Counted from the stretch's first letter, positions 1-15,055 are shown. The stretch: DNA of 64,000 nt from Eledone cirrhosa (GCA_964016885.1 OZ024742.1:230268001-230332000), one strand, 5' to 3'. Notes: a model not told the origin generated them from the sequence alone. Program-made: numbers and translations.

Positions 1-110
1 CCTCCAATAAGCATTGTTATTATTAGCTGTAGTTGTTGCTGTTGTTGTTGTTACTTGATTTGTTACTGTTGTTTATTTACAAAAGAATTGTAAGCGACAA
101 CGACGACGAC

Positions 111-157
<47 letters not shown>

Positions 158-222
158 GGTGGTGGTGGTGGTGGCGGTAGTGGTGGTGGTTGTGGATGGT
201 GGTGGTGGTGGTGGCGGTGGCG

Positions 223-273
<51 letters not shown>

Positions 274-291
274 GTAGTAGCGGTAGTAGTG

Positions 292-358
<67 letters not shown>

Positions 359-375
359 CGGCAGCAGCAGTAGCC
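111..375. repeat. (TAG)n/(TGG)n trinucleotide microsatellite
   Basis: Direct inspection; a similar (CTA)n block lies at 8450-8800. Confidence 0.95.
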
Positions 376-1183
376 GCAAATGAGTTTTACTAACAAGAAG
401 CAAGCTTGCACAACACAACCGCACAATATAATCGTGTAGCATAGCAGAGCGATGTGTGGAGCATGTTTGTAAAAGAAGCGAAGAAAAGCTAAGAGTTAGT
501 TGGAGTGGAGAACACCATATATAAAGTTAGTAATGAGATATGTTGTACTTTGAAAGAGGGAACCCCTTCTCGTTTTCTCAGCTCTGGTTATATTTATATT
601 TTTTCTTAGTTTGAGAGAGAGGGGATAAGTGTGTGTGAGAGAGAAAGTGAGAGAGGGTGGGTGAGATAGAGAGAGAAGGAGAGAGAAAGAGAGAGATACC
701 GAATGTTTTATTTGAAAGTATATAAAAAACCGAAGATGGATAGAAGAAATAACTCTTTATATATATACATCTCTGTATATTTTGACTGTTAGAAATTTAG
801 AAATAAAACAAAATTCATAGAACAGAAATAACGGGGAATCTGTTATATTCCGAATAACCATTGTTTAATATATATATATTGATGAAAAGTGCTTGTAGAT
901 TTATCTCCGTGTGAAACCAGTGATATTTTAGTGATAACAAGATAAACAAACAAGCGAAGATGGCATATTTAAAAAGAAGAATACGAGAGCGAAAAGGAAA
1001 CAATAAGTAAATATATGAAAGCACATGTACATTGAAACTGAAAGTAAAAGTGGGAATTGTTGAAAAGTAGATGCCATGAGATCAACAAACTGACGTATGG
1101 AGGAATGAAATAAAAAGGACGGAAGAACTACAGGCTGCTGCCTCCTCCACTGTCGCCGCCGCTACATTTACCACCACTGTTGC

Positions 1184-1214
<31 letters not shown>

Positions 1215-2166
1215 ATTGATACTGCTGTTGTTGCTGCTGCTGCTGCTATTATATTAATTGTTGATGCGTCTACTGCAGTGTGTGTGCGGTAGGCTGTCAG
1301 GTCGCGCATGCATGCCTGTATGTATACGTTGCATGCATTATTGACGAATGCCCCGACACTTGTTCATTCATCAGTCTTTCCACCTGTACGTCTCTCCTTA
1401 ACGACAGTCTCAGAGGGTAGTGCCGTTGATTCTGTTGCCGGGTTGGTCTCTCTCTTTTATTAATATTTTTCTTCCTTTCCTTCTCTTTTCCTCTTTCTCT
1501 TACCCATTATTTTTTTTGTTTTCTTCTTCTTCTTCTTCTTCTTTTTCTTCTTCTTCTTCTTCTCTCTCTCTCTCCTACTCTCTTTCACTTTCTATATTAC
1601 ACACCCCATTTTGTGTGTAATTGTATCTTTACATTTTTATCTCTCACTCGATTAACTATCACATACTCAGATACATACACAAACGCTTATACATACGCAC
1701 ATCTTCACTTTTCTCTCTGTCTTACTATCTTTCACTATCCATGTCTTTCTCTTTCTCGCTCTCTTTACCGTACTTTCTCGGTATTTTACTTAAACACTTT
1801 CTTTTCATTTACTTTCCTTTAAAATTTATAATTTTATTACAAATATATTTTCTACATATTTCCAAATAAGCTGTGCAAAATGTATTCCTTTTCTGACTTT
1901 TGATTAATATTTAATTATTTTACTTATGAGAAAAGTAATAATTTAACATGTATATTCTGTTTTCGCCTGTTTCTCTATTGATCTACTACCGTTGTTGTTT
2001 ATATTGCTATTACATGTATCATTATTCTATTATATATTCACGGACTTATTCTCATGTTCTCAACTTATATGTATATATGTACATACATACACAACAACGT
2101 AGACACTTCGTCGTGAAACTAATAAGACTTTTCTTTGATGGCATCTCCGTATTCCTGTTATTCTTG

Positions 2167-2246
<80 letters not shown>

Positions 2247-3879
2247 TCATGCAGAAGCAAATAGACACACACACACACGCACACACCACACACACACAAT
2301 ATGTATGTATGTAAGAATATATGTTTATGTATGTATGTGTATATCATTATTTGTATGTATATATATATATATATATATTATTTTTTATAGTAAAAGTTAC
2401 CTGTCTCTAATGTTGTTTGTGTAGAATTTGTAGTGCTAAAATGTATTGCGAAGTTTATTTTGTCTGACTCGTATTCAAAGGAACCAAACCCGTCTCTAAT
2501 TAGTACTTATCCGTATTAAATTTACCGTGTTGAGTTGAAGTGTTGTTTAACTTTAACGGAATATGAACCCTGAATGAAAATCAGATCTAAATACTTTAAT
2601 GTATATAGTTCGTTGATTTATATCTTGGACATTAAAATAACGGATCGACACTGTCATGACAGATTCGTCTGTTAGAATGCCTTGCGCTATTCACTCGAGG
2701 ACTCTTCGCTTTCAGTTCAAATCCCGCCTAGATCAATTTTGCTTTTCATTCATTCGTTATTGATAAATTAAATACCAGTCCGCTACTGTGTCGATTCTTC
2801 ATCTTTATCTTTTTCTCTCGCTCCCTCTTTACGAAAGAAAGCGGCGGCGCTAAGAACTGGAAAAAGTTTGGGCTCGACCAAGTTTAAATATACATAGGTA
2901 TCCGAGTATGATGCCCGTACGATTCCACCAGGAATTCAGGGCGCGTGTAATTATGGATAGATCTTGGATATTTATACCATTCTTCTTCGCCGAAATAAAT
3001 TAGGCAATGATTTCTAAAATAAGAAGAAAACCTTAGATTTATCTATATTTTTATAGAAATTTATACGAGAAATGAAGTTCTTTGTGTTATCAGAGACATT
3101 CGTTTTCTAAGCGAAATTGAGCGATTAAATTTGAAATTGAAATTAGCTAGTTTAGCATTAGCTCTGTTCACTATACCGGTGAATGGAAATAAACTCAAAG
3201 GAAAAAGTCAGGGAAATGTTTCTCAATTTTGCTATGACAAAACCTTGAGGACTTTTGATACTAAACTACCTTCTGGCTCACGATACAAAATTATTAAAAA
3301 AGAAAAATATAATTCATCATAATTCTATGCAAAATCATTTAAGTTATGTTTCAAATACCATCATAATAATGAGAATGTTATTTGCTAAATCCCTAGAAAT
3401 TCTTTATATTTTCAAAATTATGTGACATTCATATTTTCAAAATTCAGTGACATTCATTAGAAATATGATACGAAAGGGGTTAAATCGAAATCGTGTTTTC
3501 GGGGGATATTTCTCATATATTTGTAAATATTACTATTTTATTTTTTGTGGTATCTAAATAGAATTTGTTTCTCTTTTCATTCCCCCCCCCCCCCCCCCGG
3601 GGTTTGCTGGGGCACAGTGATATAAAACAAAGAAGACAATTATCATATATTCTTCTGTATAACTCGATTCTGTACATAAGTTGTTTCTACAATAAAAAAT
3701 ATCGTGTATATTTTGAATTGAGGTTTGGTATGTTCACTATATAAGTTGGAAAGATACTTGACTTTAGAATTGAGGTTTTTTTATCCAGTCGATAAATTCT
3801 ATATTTAAACTAGATACCAGATTTTTTAAGGAAGTTGTGTGTAATCACTTGAAATACGTATTTAGTTCGCTGGGCAAAA

Positions 3880-4218
3880 AAATAAATGGAACCGTAGGGA
3901 TTCAGTTCCACTGCGTAGCCCCTTATGCAAGTTTCTTTAGCCACGGCTTCACCAATGCCTTCTGACTCGAATTCCGGAAATGGATACTATGTGGAAGCCC
4001 GCCATGTGTGTGTGTGTGTCTTTTTGTGTGTGTCAGTCCATTTCTCTGTATTTATGTCTCTGTTTGTTTATATCCCTTAAATTAGCGGTTAAATAAAAGG
4101 AGATCGATAAGGATATATCAGACTTGAAAATGAATTACTACGGTCGATGTGATCGACGAAAATCTTTTATTAATGTGCCCCGGCATGGCCGCAGTCGAAT
4201 GAGTGAAATCAGTAAAAC
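3880..4218 (+). mobile_element. Diverged SINE-like repeats of a second family
   Basis: ttcagttccactgcgt..ccttatgcaag...ggaagcccgcc(TG)n and gtgccccggcatggccgcagtcgaatgagtgaaa. Related minus-strand pieces at ~30930-31050, 43170-43310 and 54200-54340. Confidence 0.5.
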
Positions 4219-4604
4219 AATATTATTGGCAACATGACCCTCCCAAAGTATAACAATATCAAACACCCTTCTCCGTTTATGAAGACCAGTGTTTCAAGGA
4301 TATAAGTTCGCTAATGACCACTAAAATTTCACGAAGGCTATCCCAACAAAGTAAAAAAAAAATGGGATGGTGGTGAACGCTGGAAATGAGTGAGAGAAAA
4401 CAGAGTTGGTGATTGAAAAGGAGACTGAGAAGAAAGAATAGGTGAGAGAGTGAAGACGAGATGAAGTAGTCAAGCCTTAAGAGTGTATAAGGATGTGCGT
4501 ATAGAGATGTGGGTATAGGTATGTTACTGTGTGTGTAGGTATGAAGATATGTCTGTAGGTATCTATGTGCCTGAGAGAACGTGTGACAGTATATTCTTTT
4601 CGTA

Positions 4605-4644
<40 letters not shown>

Positions 4645-5324
4645 GGTATATCAACCAACAGCTATTTATAGAATCATATTGCAGCTATTATAAACTTGTG
4701 ACTATTATTATCATCACTATTAACATTTTATAAAATGTTGCTGCATTAACTCTTTAGTTCGTGGATGAACCCCCTCACCCAGCCACCAAAGAAAAGTCTT
4801 AAGATCAAAGGCTTCTCCCTTTTTTTTTACTTCATATTGGTGACAGAACGATAAACATTGTCAAATTTTTTAACCCCTTTCATATAAAACCAGCCGAAAC
4901 CACCCATGCTCGATCACACGAAGCTGTTTAATTTAACGAGATTATATTCATCTAAAATCTTTCCATCATTATTTTATGTAAAACCTTTTAAGACGTGTTC
5001 CAAACACAGTAAATTACATTACGAAATCAATGCAAATTCTTGGTCATTTTCAAAATTATTTAAAAATTATTCGCAGGCCCTTTAATTAGAAATATAGTAA
5101 TAAAGGGATTTAAAGGGGTTTAAAGGGTAAGGAATGATTGACATTTCTAAATTACTGACTGACAATATTCCTAAGTAAAACTGTGAGGCAGGTTGGTATT
5201 ATAAGTTTCATGGACTGCTGATCATGTGAGTTCACATCAAACAAGGGCAGTCATTGTAATGTTTACTTTGTGTGTGTGTGTGTGTGTATGTGTATGAGTG
5301 TGTGTGTGTGTGTGTGTGAGTATG

Positions 5325-5402
<78 letters not shown>

Positions 5403-5409
5403 TGTGTGA

Positions 5410-5457
<48 letters not shown>

Positions 5458-6414
5458 GAGCTGTACCTATCACTCACTCTTTAAGGTTCAGTCCATCTCG
5501 AGGTCCCGGCGAGCATGTGTAAAGAGAAAATATGGTTATAAGGCTGGGTGATTCATGTAGCAGGGTGAATGATCACATAGATACCCCCTCGTGCTTCATA
5601 AAAAGGGGTTTTGGTGGCGTGAATACATCGAGCTTTTCTAATCAAACCTTACATTTAACCCTAATATTATTATCGTTTACTTATAACAATTCTGTATGTA
5701 TATATGTATGTACCTATGTATGTATGTATGTATGTATGTATGTATGTATGTATGTATGTATGTATGTATGCATGCGTGTATGTATGTATGTATGTATGTA
5801 TGTATGTATGTATGTATGTGTGTGTGTGTATGTATTATATATGTGTGTATTATTGTAAACCCAGAACGGAAAGCCCTGGTCGTTTCGGCTATGTCCCTTG
5901 GCTGGAGTTTTTACCGTAATCCTTTATATATTCTGTACCCTGTCGTCTTTTTCATTCTCTGTAATCAATATGTATACATATATTTTCCAAATTCATGTTA
6001 CGGTATACTTTTCCGTAAGGGGTAAGGAAGGGCAGATCTGGCTGATAGGGAAATTAGAAGAAAGGAGTATAAAAGCCATTAATTAGCGGAAAAGACAAAC
6101 AAAATTTGTTTGTCTTTCTTCTGCATTGCGGGCCTCAGTATCGAGACCTGTGGCCGAAGCGACTAAGCTGGAGGCGGAGAACGTGTCACAACATATGACG
6201 TCTCAGATGAGGGATCTACCTTCTCCGAATGGGTAGATGGTAATTCCGCCGGGGCACTTGCCATCACCTCGGTCTAGACCTTCTGGCTCCACATCTGTAT
6301 CTATATATGTATTGTGTTCCTCTATAATCTGTCTCCGAAACACGAATATATCACACAAACACATAAACACACACACATAAACACACACACACACACACAC
6401 ACACACGCGCACAC

Positions 6415-6450
<36 letters not shown>

Positions 6451-6571
6451 GCGCGCACGCACACACACAGACACACACACACACATATATATATATACAA
6501 ACACACACCCATATATATATGTGTGTGCGTGTGAATGTGAGTGTATGTGTATATATGTGTACCATTTGTAC

Positions 6572-6696
<125 letters not shown>

Positions 6697-6932
6697 AAAA
6701 CGATGAAGATTCGTGTACATGTTAGTTTATCATTGTATATCGACCGGGACGTTATTCAATAAAAGGCTGACTACATGCAAACGAAACTTTATAGCTTTAC
6801 TTAATATATACACTCGGCCTGTGCATGGAGTGCTCATTTTGGTACTACCACCAGTAATTCACTGATTCACATGCACTATATATATATTATATATGTGTGT
6901 GTGAGTGTGTATTATACATATATATATATATA

Positions 6933-6988
<56 letters not shown>

Positions 6989-7292
6989 GAAATATATGGA
7001 GAATAGAAATGGCCGTGTAGTTGCTATTTAAGGTAACTTAAAATGCAGTGGGAATAAGAAGAAAGCAAGAACGGGGGTGGGGGGGGGAGGTCCTGATCAG
7101 TTGTCTATTAGGGGTCTCAGATATTTCTACATAATATACATGCACATACACACATACACACACTGAATACCGGAGGAGTGTTTAAATATGCATTTGTTAC
7201 GGCCAAATACTGACTCTGGGGTCTCACCTGCACGTTCACTAGTCATACCTGGGAATCCTGTGGGTGTGCACGTAAAACTCCACAGTTAACCA

Positions 7293-7338
<46 letters not shown>

Positions 7339-8486
7339 GTGTGTGTGTGTGTGTGTGATTTATGTTTATACGCGGAACAAAAGCGCTACCTAAAGTTTCA
7401 AGGCCCAACTTTGTCTATCTCTCCAGATTGTAAGTGCGATCAACTTTGTGACCTAATCGAATTTGATTGCTCCTACAATCTGGTGAGATGGTCAAAATTG
7501 GGCTTTAAAACCATAGTTAGCGCTTTTGTTCCGTATATGAACATAAATAATTGTTTCTACGTGTGGCCGGCAAAAATCCAGTGTATTACTGGTACTTTAT
7601 TTTATCAATATAGTATATTAGCCTCTGTTACACGTTGAGTACTGTTTCTCCTTTTTCCTTTTTCACATCCACCCATATTTAACTACAGACCTCCCTACAC
7701 ACATATATTTAGTTAGGGACGAATTCAATAGCACATCGGTTTTCTAGGAGAGGGTGTTGCTCTTTTCAGTCCATTACAGAAGTTAGTGAGGCTGTATGTG
7801 GTCTCCCACCGTGCTTTTCTCACACACCATAGCCTATTTTGAGAATTGTGTAATTGACTCAGTTCTTTATTTTTCTACTGCCCAACAATGAAAGGAGAGA
7901 GAGAGGGAGGGCAATTGAGATGGAGGTGATGACAGTGGGAGTTCGGCTCTTCCACGTTCGGACCATATCCTTGTGGTTGTGTTCATTATCGTTGAACCCC
8001 CCCCCCCCCCCCCTTGCCCAGTCTTAAGTTTAGTACTTATAGCTATATATTGGCTGGAATAATATGTTTGGTATTGTGTTGTCTTATTTACTTTAATGTA
8101 GATTAGATATCTGCTATATTCGACCTCGGTGCTGAAGGAGCCAGCACCAAAACGCATTCTACACGACGCTCAAACACCTCCCCAAACCATACATACACTG
8201 TCACACACACACTGGCATGCACTCTCTCAATCTCATTCTCTCTTTCTCGCTCTCATACTCCCACACGCACACACTCACACTCACACATATACACTTAACG
8301 AATCATCTTAGTGTCTTTTGCATATTGATATCAAATATTATATACCTTAAACATTTATCTCCATCCTCTACCTCGAGGCGAATATAATATTGTTTTGAGA
8401 TGCAAGTTTAATGACATTTGAAAGTAGCAGTAGTAGTAGTAGATTAAGTACCACCACCACCACCACCACCTACCTCCATCATTATA

Positions 8487-8540
<54 letters not shown>

Positions 8541-8569
8541 GACACCACTACTATTACTACTACTACTAT

Positions 8570-8621
<52 letters not shown>

Positions 8622-8723
8622 GACACCACTACTACTTCTACCACTACTACTGCTACTGCTGCTGCTACTACTATTACTACTAATTCTACCACTACTCCTG
8701 ATGCTGCTACTACTACTACGACA

Positions 8724-8799
<76 letters not shown>

Positions 8800-9331
8800 T
8801 TGAAGCTTATATAGTGAGAGTTGCAGCGAGAAGGTAGTAGAAACAGCAGCCTTGAAGATATGAGGGGAAACACAAAGAAAATAAAAACATGTACAGGAAT
8901 GTACGCACACATTAACATGCATCCATTGGCTAACACACTTAAACATATATAGAAGAGCACCACTCACACACACGCGTGAACAAACTCTTCCACACATACA
9001 CTTATGCATTGCATCTGGCATATACGTAAAGACACACGTAAATACATACTTATGCATTCAATTGCATTAACGTACAGACTCGCAAACAGGCTTATACGTA
9101 GAAACGTCGCAGATATATACATACACACGTAACCACATGTAATGCGGCACCGCTTTTACGCTTTTACCTATTGAGAAATTGTCACATAGAGAGAGGGATT
9201 GTGTAGGATGTAGGTCTGATACATACATTACATACACACGTATATGTGTGTGTGTATATATATATATATAAGAAGATCCCGTTAAGGGTGAAAGCAGCGA
9301 TTCTTTGCTTAAACTTTAATCTGTTATTTTA

Positions 9332-9396
<65 letters not shown>

Positions 9397-9438
9397 AAGA
9401 AGAAGAAGAAATTAAAAGGTGGTTAAAAAAGTTCCATG

Positions 9439-9509
9439 TATTTTATTATGCGCATTTCAAAAACAAATATCATCCAGGGTCGATATTTGCGTTCTCATCA
9501 GATAAAATA
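9439..9509 (-). ncRNA. Hammerhead ribozyme (family A)
   Basis: tattttat-CTGATGA-gaacgcaaatatc...gatatttgttttt-GAAA-tgcgca-TA-ataaaata. Stem I 8 bp, palindromic TGCGCA, AUA triplet. Confidence 0.85.
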
Positions 9510-9604
9510 GGGAGACATGATATGCAACTTAAAAAAGACACATATGTTGTTTAGATACTACCTTGCTCACAAGTGTCTTTTTTAAGCTGCATATCATGTC
9601 TCCC

Positions 9605-9675
9605 TATTTCATCTGATGAGAACGCAGATATCGTCCCTTGATGATATTTGTTTTTGAAATGCGCATAATAAAATA
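9605..9675 (+). ncRNA. Hammerhead ribozyme (family A)
   Basis: tatttcat-CTGATGA(9613)-gaacgcagatatc...gatatttgttttt-GAAA(9656)-tgcgca-TA-ataaaata. Confidence 0.82.
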
Positions 9676-9945
9676 CATGGAACTTTTTTAATCATCTTTT
9701 AATTTCTTCTTATATATACTCCAGTCCAATAAACTGTTGAGTGCTACATATCCGATATTTGCATTGCTTTATTTGGCTACAATAAAACTTACCTCCTACA
9801 CATATATATATATATATCGAAGGAATTGTGATAAGGAACCAGATGGGTCATACTTGTTCCTATATATATATATATATATATATAAATTATATATATATAT
9901 ATACATGTATATATATATGTATATTTTTATGTGTGTGAGAGTGTG

Positions 9946-9980
<35 letters not shown>

Positions 9981-10142
9981 ATATGTATATATGTGTGTGT
10001 ATATATATATATGTATGTATATATATATATATGTACATGTGTATGTATGTGTGTATGTATATATGTATATATATATAGGTGCATTATGTATGTAAATATA
10101 TATATATGTGTGTGTATATGTATATATATATATATACATATA

Positions 10143-10219
<77 letters not shown>

Positions 10220-10444
10220 ATATATATATATATGTATATGTATGAGTATATGTATGTGTATATATATATATATATATATAAGTAATGAATCAAAACATCA
10301 ATCTTGTTTAGAATTTTGTGTTTCTCAATAAGTAAGCTCATTAGACTTTATCTTGAGCCATAATAATCAAAAAATATGTTTATATTGAGAGGGAAAGAGC
10401 CATACATTGTACTAGATACACAGTATATTGTGTATATATACCAA

Positions 10445-10537
<93 letters not shown>

Positions 10538-10711
10538 AAGGTAACTCTCGTGTTATTATTTTTATTTTTTACGCTCTTTCCCACGTTCTTCTACACACTA
10601 TACATCTCATTCTACATTCACTTACATCTCTCTCTACACCACCGGATCTTGTTACCCGGAGAATTACCCACCTGCATTGTTGAGGCTTCCAAAACGACCA
10701 AAAGAAAATAT

Positions 10712-10750
<39 letters not shown>

Positions 10751-10852
10751 GGTGTGGGATGCTTAGAGCGTCCGTAAGCGGTAGGCCGTTTGAGCACTCG
10801 ATGATCTTCCAGAGCAGAGTATAATATCACATAAGAAACGGAGAATCAGTGG

Positions 10853-11132
10853 TGCTACGAATAAGATTTATTAGACATATTACAATCGTTTCTCTGGCGA
10901 CCAGCTCAAGGCACGATTGATGCAATGATGAAACCTCACTCTGAAATCGCAAGATCCTCAGATACGTCTCGATTATACAAAGCAGAGTTTCCAAAACACT
11001 GCTTCGTAGAATCGAGACGCATCAGAGGATCTTGTGATTTCAGAGTCAGATTCGATCATTACATCAATCGTGCCTCGAGCTGGTCGCCAGAGAAACGATT
11101 GTAATATGTCTAATAAATTTTATTTATCGCAC
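10853..11132. mobile_element. Foldback insertion (family D) with an HHR in each arm
   Basis: Inverted arms ~10860-10985 and ~11000-11125. Confidence 0.85.
10874..10968 (-). ncRNA. Hammerhead ribozyme with long stem II (family D)
   Basis: gacgtat-CTGAGGA-tcttgcga...tcgccaga-GAAA-cgattg-TA-atatgtc, GUA triplet. The plus-strand twin at 11016-11110 has its core mutated to CAGAGGA. Confidence 0.78.
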
Positions 11133-11202
11133 ACACACTGATTGTCCGTTTCTTATATATATGTACACACACACACGCACACACACACACACACGCACAC
11201 GC

Positions 11203-11268
<66 letters not shown>

Positions 11269-11308
11269 GCTTGTATGTGTCTGTATGTATATGTATGTGC
11301 GTGTTGGG

Positions 11309-11340
<32 letters not shown>

Positions 11341-11425
11341 AAAAGGTAAACAGAAATAACAATACAATCGGTACAGTATATGAAAGGAATATTTTAGGTT
11401 AACGCTTGAAATAGCAGGAAGAGGG

Positions 11426-11462
11426 TTTTAACGTTTCGGACGCTAGTTATTCATCAGAAGAA
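11426..11462 (-). ncRNA. Degenerate minimal hammerhead
   Basis: tctt-CTGATGA-ataactagcgtcc-GAAA-cg-TT-aaaa. Core intact, stems weak. Confidence 0.45.
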
Positions 11463-11542
11463 AGAAGGAGAAATAAGATTAATTGAAAAGACGGGCTGTG
11501 TGGAATTGGGAAAAAAATAACAGGTCCGCTATATAAAGTTTA

Positions 11543-11610
11543 ATATAGAATTGGGTTCTACCGAACTAGAACTCTTTCATTCAAAAGAAATCATCAGGAA
11601 AACTTTGATG
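11543..11610 (-). mobile_element. Family B fragment with degenerate HHR
   Basis: ttc-CTGATGA-tttcttttgaat-GAAA-gagttctagttcg-GTA-gaac, homologous to 13110-13158. Confidence 0.6.
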
Positions 11611-11710
<100 letters not shown>

Positions 11711-12109
11711 CGGGTGTTCGGTAATTTTTTTGGTTACTAAAGCGGAGATGATATATTGAGTTTAACAGAACGCGCATCATTTTGAACGTATCTATTTGTC
11801 ATCGATCTTTACATACGTTTCGCAGATGATTGGCTCAAGGTCCTAATGGGTGTGAATGGACTTGACTCGAATATCGATCTTTTCGTCAGGTATGATGATT
11901 CGGCTAAACATTTCTACATCTCTGGACTTCTCGTGATAACATATTTATGTATGAATGTATGTATGATTTTGTCAATACACGTGTGAACCTCCAGACAAAC
12001 AAGACTTATCACTGAGCCCTAATAAAGCATATTCAAACTTTACTTCTGTATTGAATACTCATTCACACCTTCGTCAACATCACATGAATATATATGTATA
12101 AACATGCAC

Positions 12110-12237
12110 ACCAACACGTATGTTGATGTCCTAAGGACAGACACTGGTCTGTTGGAGACGCATGACATGGCAGCGATAATGAGGGACAGAGACCGCTGGA
12201 GAGAACTCGTCATGGATCTCAGGAATTTTACTCGCCC
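12110..12237 (+). mobile_element. RTE-clade LINE 3' fragment
   Basis: Frame reads TNTYVDVLRTDTGLLETHDMAAIMRDRDRWRELVMDLR, typical of the RTE ORF C-terminus (Y.D.L..D.G...M.DR..WR..V). Confidence 0.7.
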
Positions 12238-12262
12238 TATATATATATATATAAACATATAT

Positions 12263-12440
12263 TTAATATAGAAATGGCTTCTACTGGACTAGAACTGTTT
12301 CATTCAGGAGGCTTCCTGATGAATTCTCCTGAATTAAACAGTTCTAGTCCTGTAGGAGCCATTTCTATGTTAAATATTTATACTCTGCTATGTATTGAGT
12401 ACCTTACTTACTGTGGTTACCCTCGATTGAACCCGGGATT
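12263..12440 (+). mobile_element. Family B foldback insertion; HHR at 12311-12359 with GAAA mutated to TAAA
   Basis: gcttc-CTGATGA-attc-tcct-gaat-TAAA-cag-ttctagtc-ctg-TA-ggagc, preceded by an inverted partial arm. Confidence 0.8.
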
Positions 12441-12820
12441 AGATATACACATACATATATATATATACACACACACACACACATATATATATACTAGCGT
12501 TGGTATCACTTAACTCCCCAAAACGCCAGGCATTTAAGAAAAAAGTGGCCGGTCAATAATTCAATAATAAAACAGCTATATAAACGTTTGTGTAAAGTGG
12601 AAAGGGACTTAAAGGAGGAAGAGCATAAATATATTTGCACGTGCATATGTATACATATGTATATGATTCGACACTTATATACAGGTATATATAATATTTG
12701 TATGCTTATATTAAGGTGTCTATATGCACGTATTAATTATATATATGTATATATATATATTACTTTTATATATATATATATATATATATAAGATCAAAAG
12801 ATGGTTAAAAGAGTTCCAAG

Positions 12821-12886
12821 TATTTTATTATGCGCATTTCAAAAACAAATATCATCATGGGATGATATCTGCGTTCTCATCAGATG
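12821..12886 (-). ncRNA. Hammerhead ribozyme (family A, solo arm, stem I eroded)
   Basis: Same sequence as 9439-9509, lying between (TA)n and (GA)n; TCATCAG at 12877. Confidence 0.7.
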
Positions 12887-12925
12887 TAGGGAGAGAGAGA
12901 GAGATGTATATATAGATAGATATAT

Positions 12926-13020
<95 letters not shown>

Positions 13021-13021
<1 letters not shown>

Positions 13022-13222
13022 GTAGGTCCCGGGTTGAGTCGGGGATAACCACAGTAAGTAAGGTACTCAATACATGGCAGAGTAAAATTTTTTTTATTTT
13101 ATAGCAGGAGCTTCTACAGGACTAGTACTGTTTCATTCAGATGAAATCTTCAGGAAGCTGAAGATTTCATCTGAATGAAACAGTACTAGTCCTGTAGAAG
13201 CTCCTTCTATAAAATAAAAATT
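13021..13222. mobile_element. Family B foldback insertion with back-to-back hammerheads
   Basis: Inversion centre tcttcag-gaag-ctgaaga at 13147-13164; flanked by (TA)n. Confidence 0.85.
13110..13158 (-). ncRNA. Hammerhead ribozyme (family B, intact)
   Basis: gcttc-CTGAAGA-t-ttc-atct-gaa-t-GAAA-cag-tactagtc-ctg-TA-gaagc, with ACTAGT palindrome in loop III. The plus copy at 13158-13201 lacks the 5' strand of stem I. Confidence 0.82.
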
Positions 13223-13642
13223 AAAAAAAAAATATATATATATATATATTGGTTGGCAGAGCTGTTAGAGCGTCGCATAGAATGTTTTTACGGTATTAGT
13301 TTCAGCACTGAGCTCTCTGTGTTCAAATCTCGCCGAGGTCAACTTTCATCATTTCCAGATCGCTATATATAGTTGAAATATTTATATAACGTTAAATATG
13401 CATTTACAAATAAGAGATTATTTATGTTTGCTTGAAGCATTGTGGAATATGAAAATGGGTCGTTTTGGAAGCCTCTACAATTCAGATGGGTAAATCTCGG
13501 GGTAACAAAATCAGGTAGCACTAGGAAGCAGGGAAAATTAGAAAGAAACTATTAGAAAATTTTTTATTTATTTTCACACGCACAAATACATATATATACA
13601 AATACTATATACATATATATACAAATACATATATATACAAAT

Positions 13643-13696
<54 letters not shown>

Positions 13697-13700
<4 letters not shown>

Positions 13701-13796
13701 ATAATAATAAATTTGAAGACTAAAATCCAAAGAGGGCTCGATAAGGATAAATATATATCAAATATATAAGAACCGTAGTGCAAATCTGTTATTTTA

Positions 13797-13801
<5 letters not shown>
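13697..13801 (-). mobile_element. Solo 3' terminus of the Penelope element (family G) within (TA)n
   Basis: Matches 44302-44425 (aataaatttgaagactaaaatccaaagag.gctcgataaggataaatatatatcaaatatataa...atctgttattttaataa). Smaller pieces at ~9300-9336 and ~37934-37978. Confidence 0.75.
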
Positions 13802-13870
<69 letters not shown>

Positions 13871-13872
<2 letters not shown>

Positions 13873-14136
13873 CGAAGGAAGTGTGGTAAGGAACCAGATG
13901 GACCATAACACACCAGAGTACTCAACACATAGGGTAGTCCAGAAATAGCCCTCGAAATGGCTTGAGCTCTGCCGTCGGGGTTAAACATGTTCTTATATCT
14001 ATATAACAAAGAAGGTGTGGTAATATACCAGGTGGACCATAAGGCACAAGAGCACTCAATACTTAGGGTAGTATAGTTGATAATAAGAAAAGAGTCAGGT
14101 CCTCGACGGCTGAGCTCCGGCCGTTTCGACAGTTAG
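13871..14136. mobile_element. Family C pLTR-like fragments (two arms) at (TA)n
   Basis: aacgaaggaagtgtggtaaggaaccag.tggaccataac..accagagtactcaa, shared with 15109-15270, 37409-37501, 47257-47694, 9818-9860 and 22291-22325. Confidence 0.75.
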
Positions 14137-14185
14137 ATCCAACTGATTGTTTTCCTACACACACACATATATATATTTATATATG

Positions 14186-14218
<33 letters not shown>

Positions 14219-14381
14219 ATGTGTGACAACATGCTCCGAAATCATTAGACGTGTCCATCGAACCTGCGGGTCCAGAATCAGCCAGATCCACACAATGATC
14301 ACGTCTCGAACTGTCCGCCGGCGAAACAATTGTAACACACAAATAAATTGAGTTCAGATGCATAACTGAATTTTCGTTTTC

Positions 14382-14524
<143 letters not shown>

Positions 14525-14858
14525 TGTGCGTGCGTGGGTGTTATGTAAAAGATGTTTGTTACCTATCATCTTCACATATCTAAGTCATCTAACAACGCTA
14601 TAAATACGTAGTATCCTATTCTATAATATAACAAATGAATTTTACTCCACATTTAATATTGAGTTATATATAAAATTACGTATTAAAAGAAACGGCGAGC
14701 GGGATTTCAAAATTGAATTAGATTTTGCCTTAACTTTGCGTAAATAAAATAGTCTAATAATAACTGGATATATAAGCTCGTATGAATGGGAACATATGCA
14801 CATCGGCACACAAGAAAACTGAGACCCATCTTTTTCCGTTTAGTGGGCATATACGACC

Positions 14859-14930
<72 letters not shown>

Positions 14931-15055
14931 AGTAAAGCAACGGAGTAAATGAATCTCGTTTATCCCTGTATTCCCCAAACCTGCCGTAGTCTATATGTCT
15001 GCCATGCTAGTGGTCGTATACCCCATGTAAATGAAAGCACATCCTCCTGTATATC

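Larger units (their letters stand above)
9395..9712. mobile_element. Foldback insertion (family A) at (TA)n, ~140-bp inverted arms, one HHR per arm
   Basis: Arms ~9402-9542 and ~9573-9711 are near-perfect reverse complements with a ~30-bp spacer. Confidence 0.88.

Noticed and set aside
1368-1374. Isolated CTGANGA hits (also ~11882, 31728, 36916, 44847, 55272)
   Set aside because: No correctly placed GAAA or pairing stems.
400-1450. Possible host promoter / 5' UTR
   Set aside because: No exon, splice pattern or promoter can be supported from the sequence alone.
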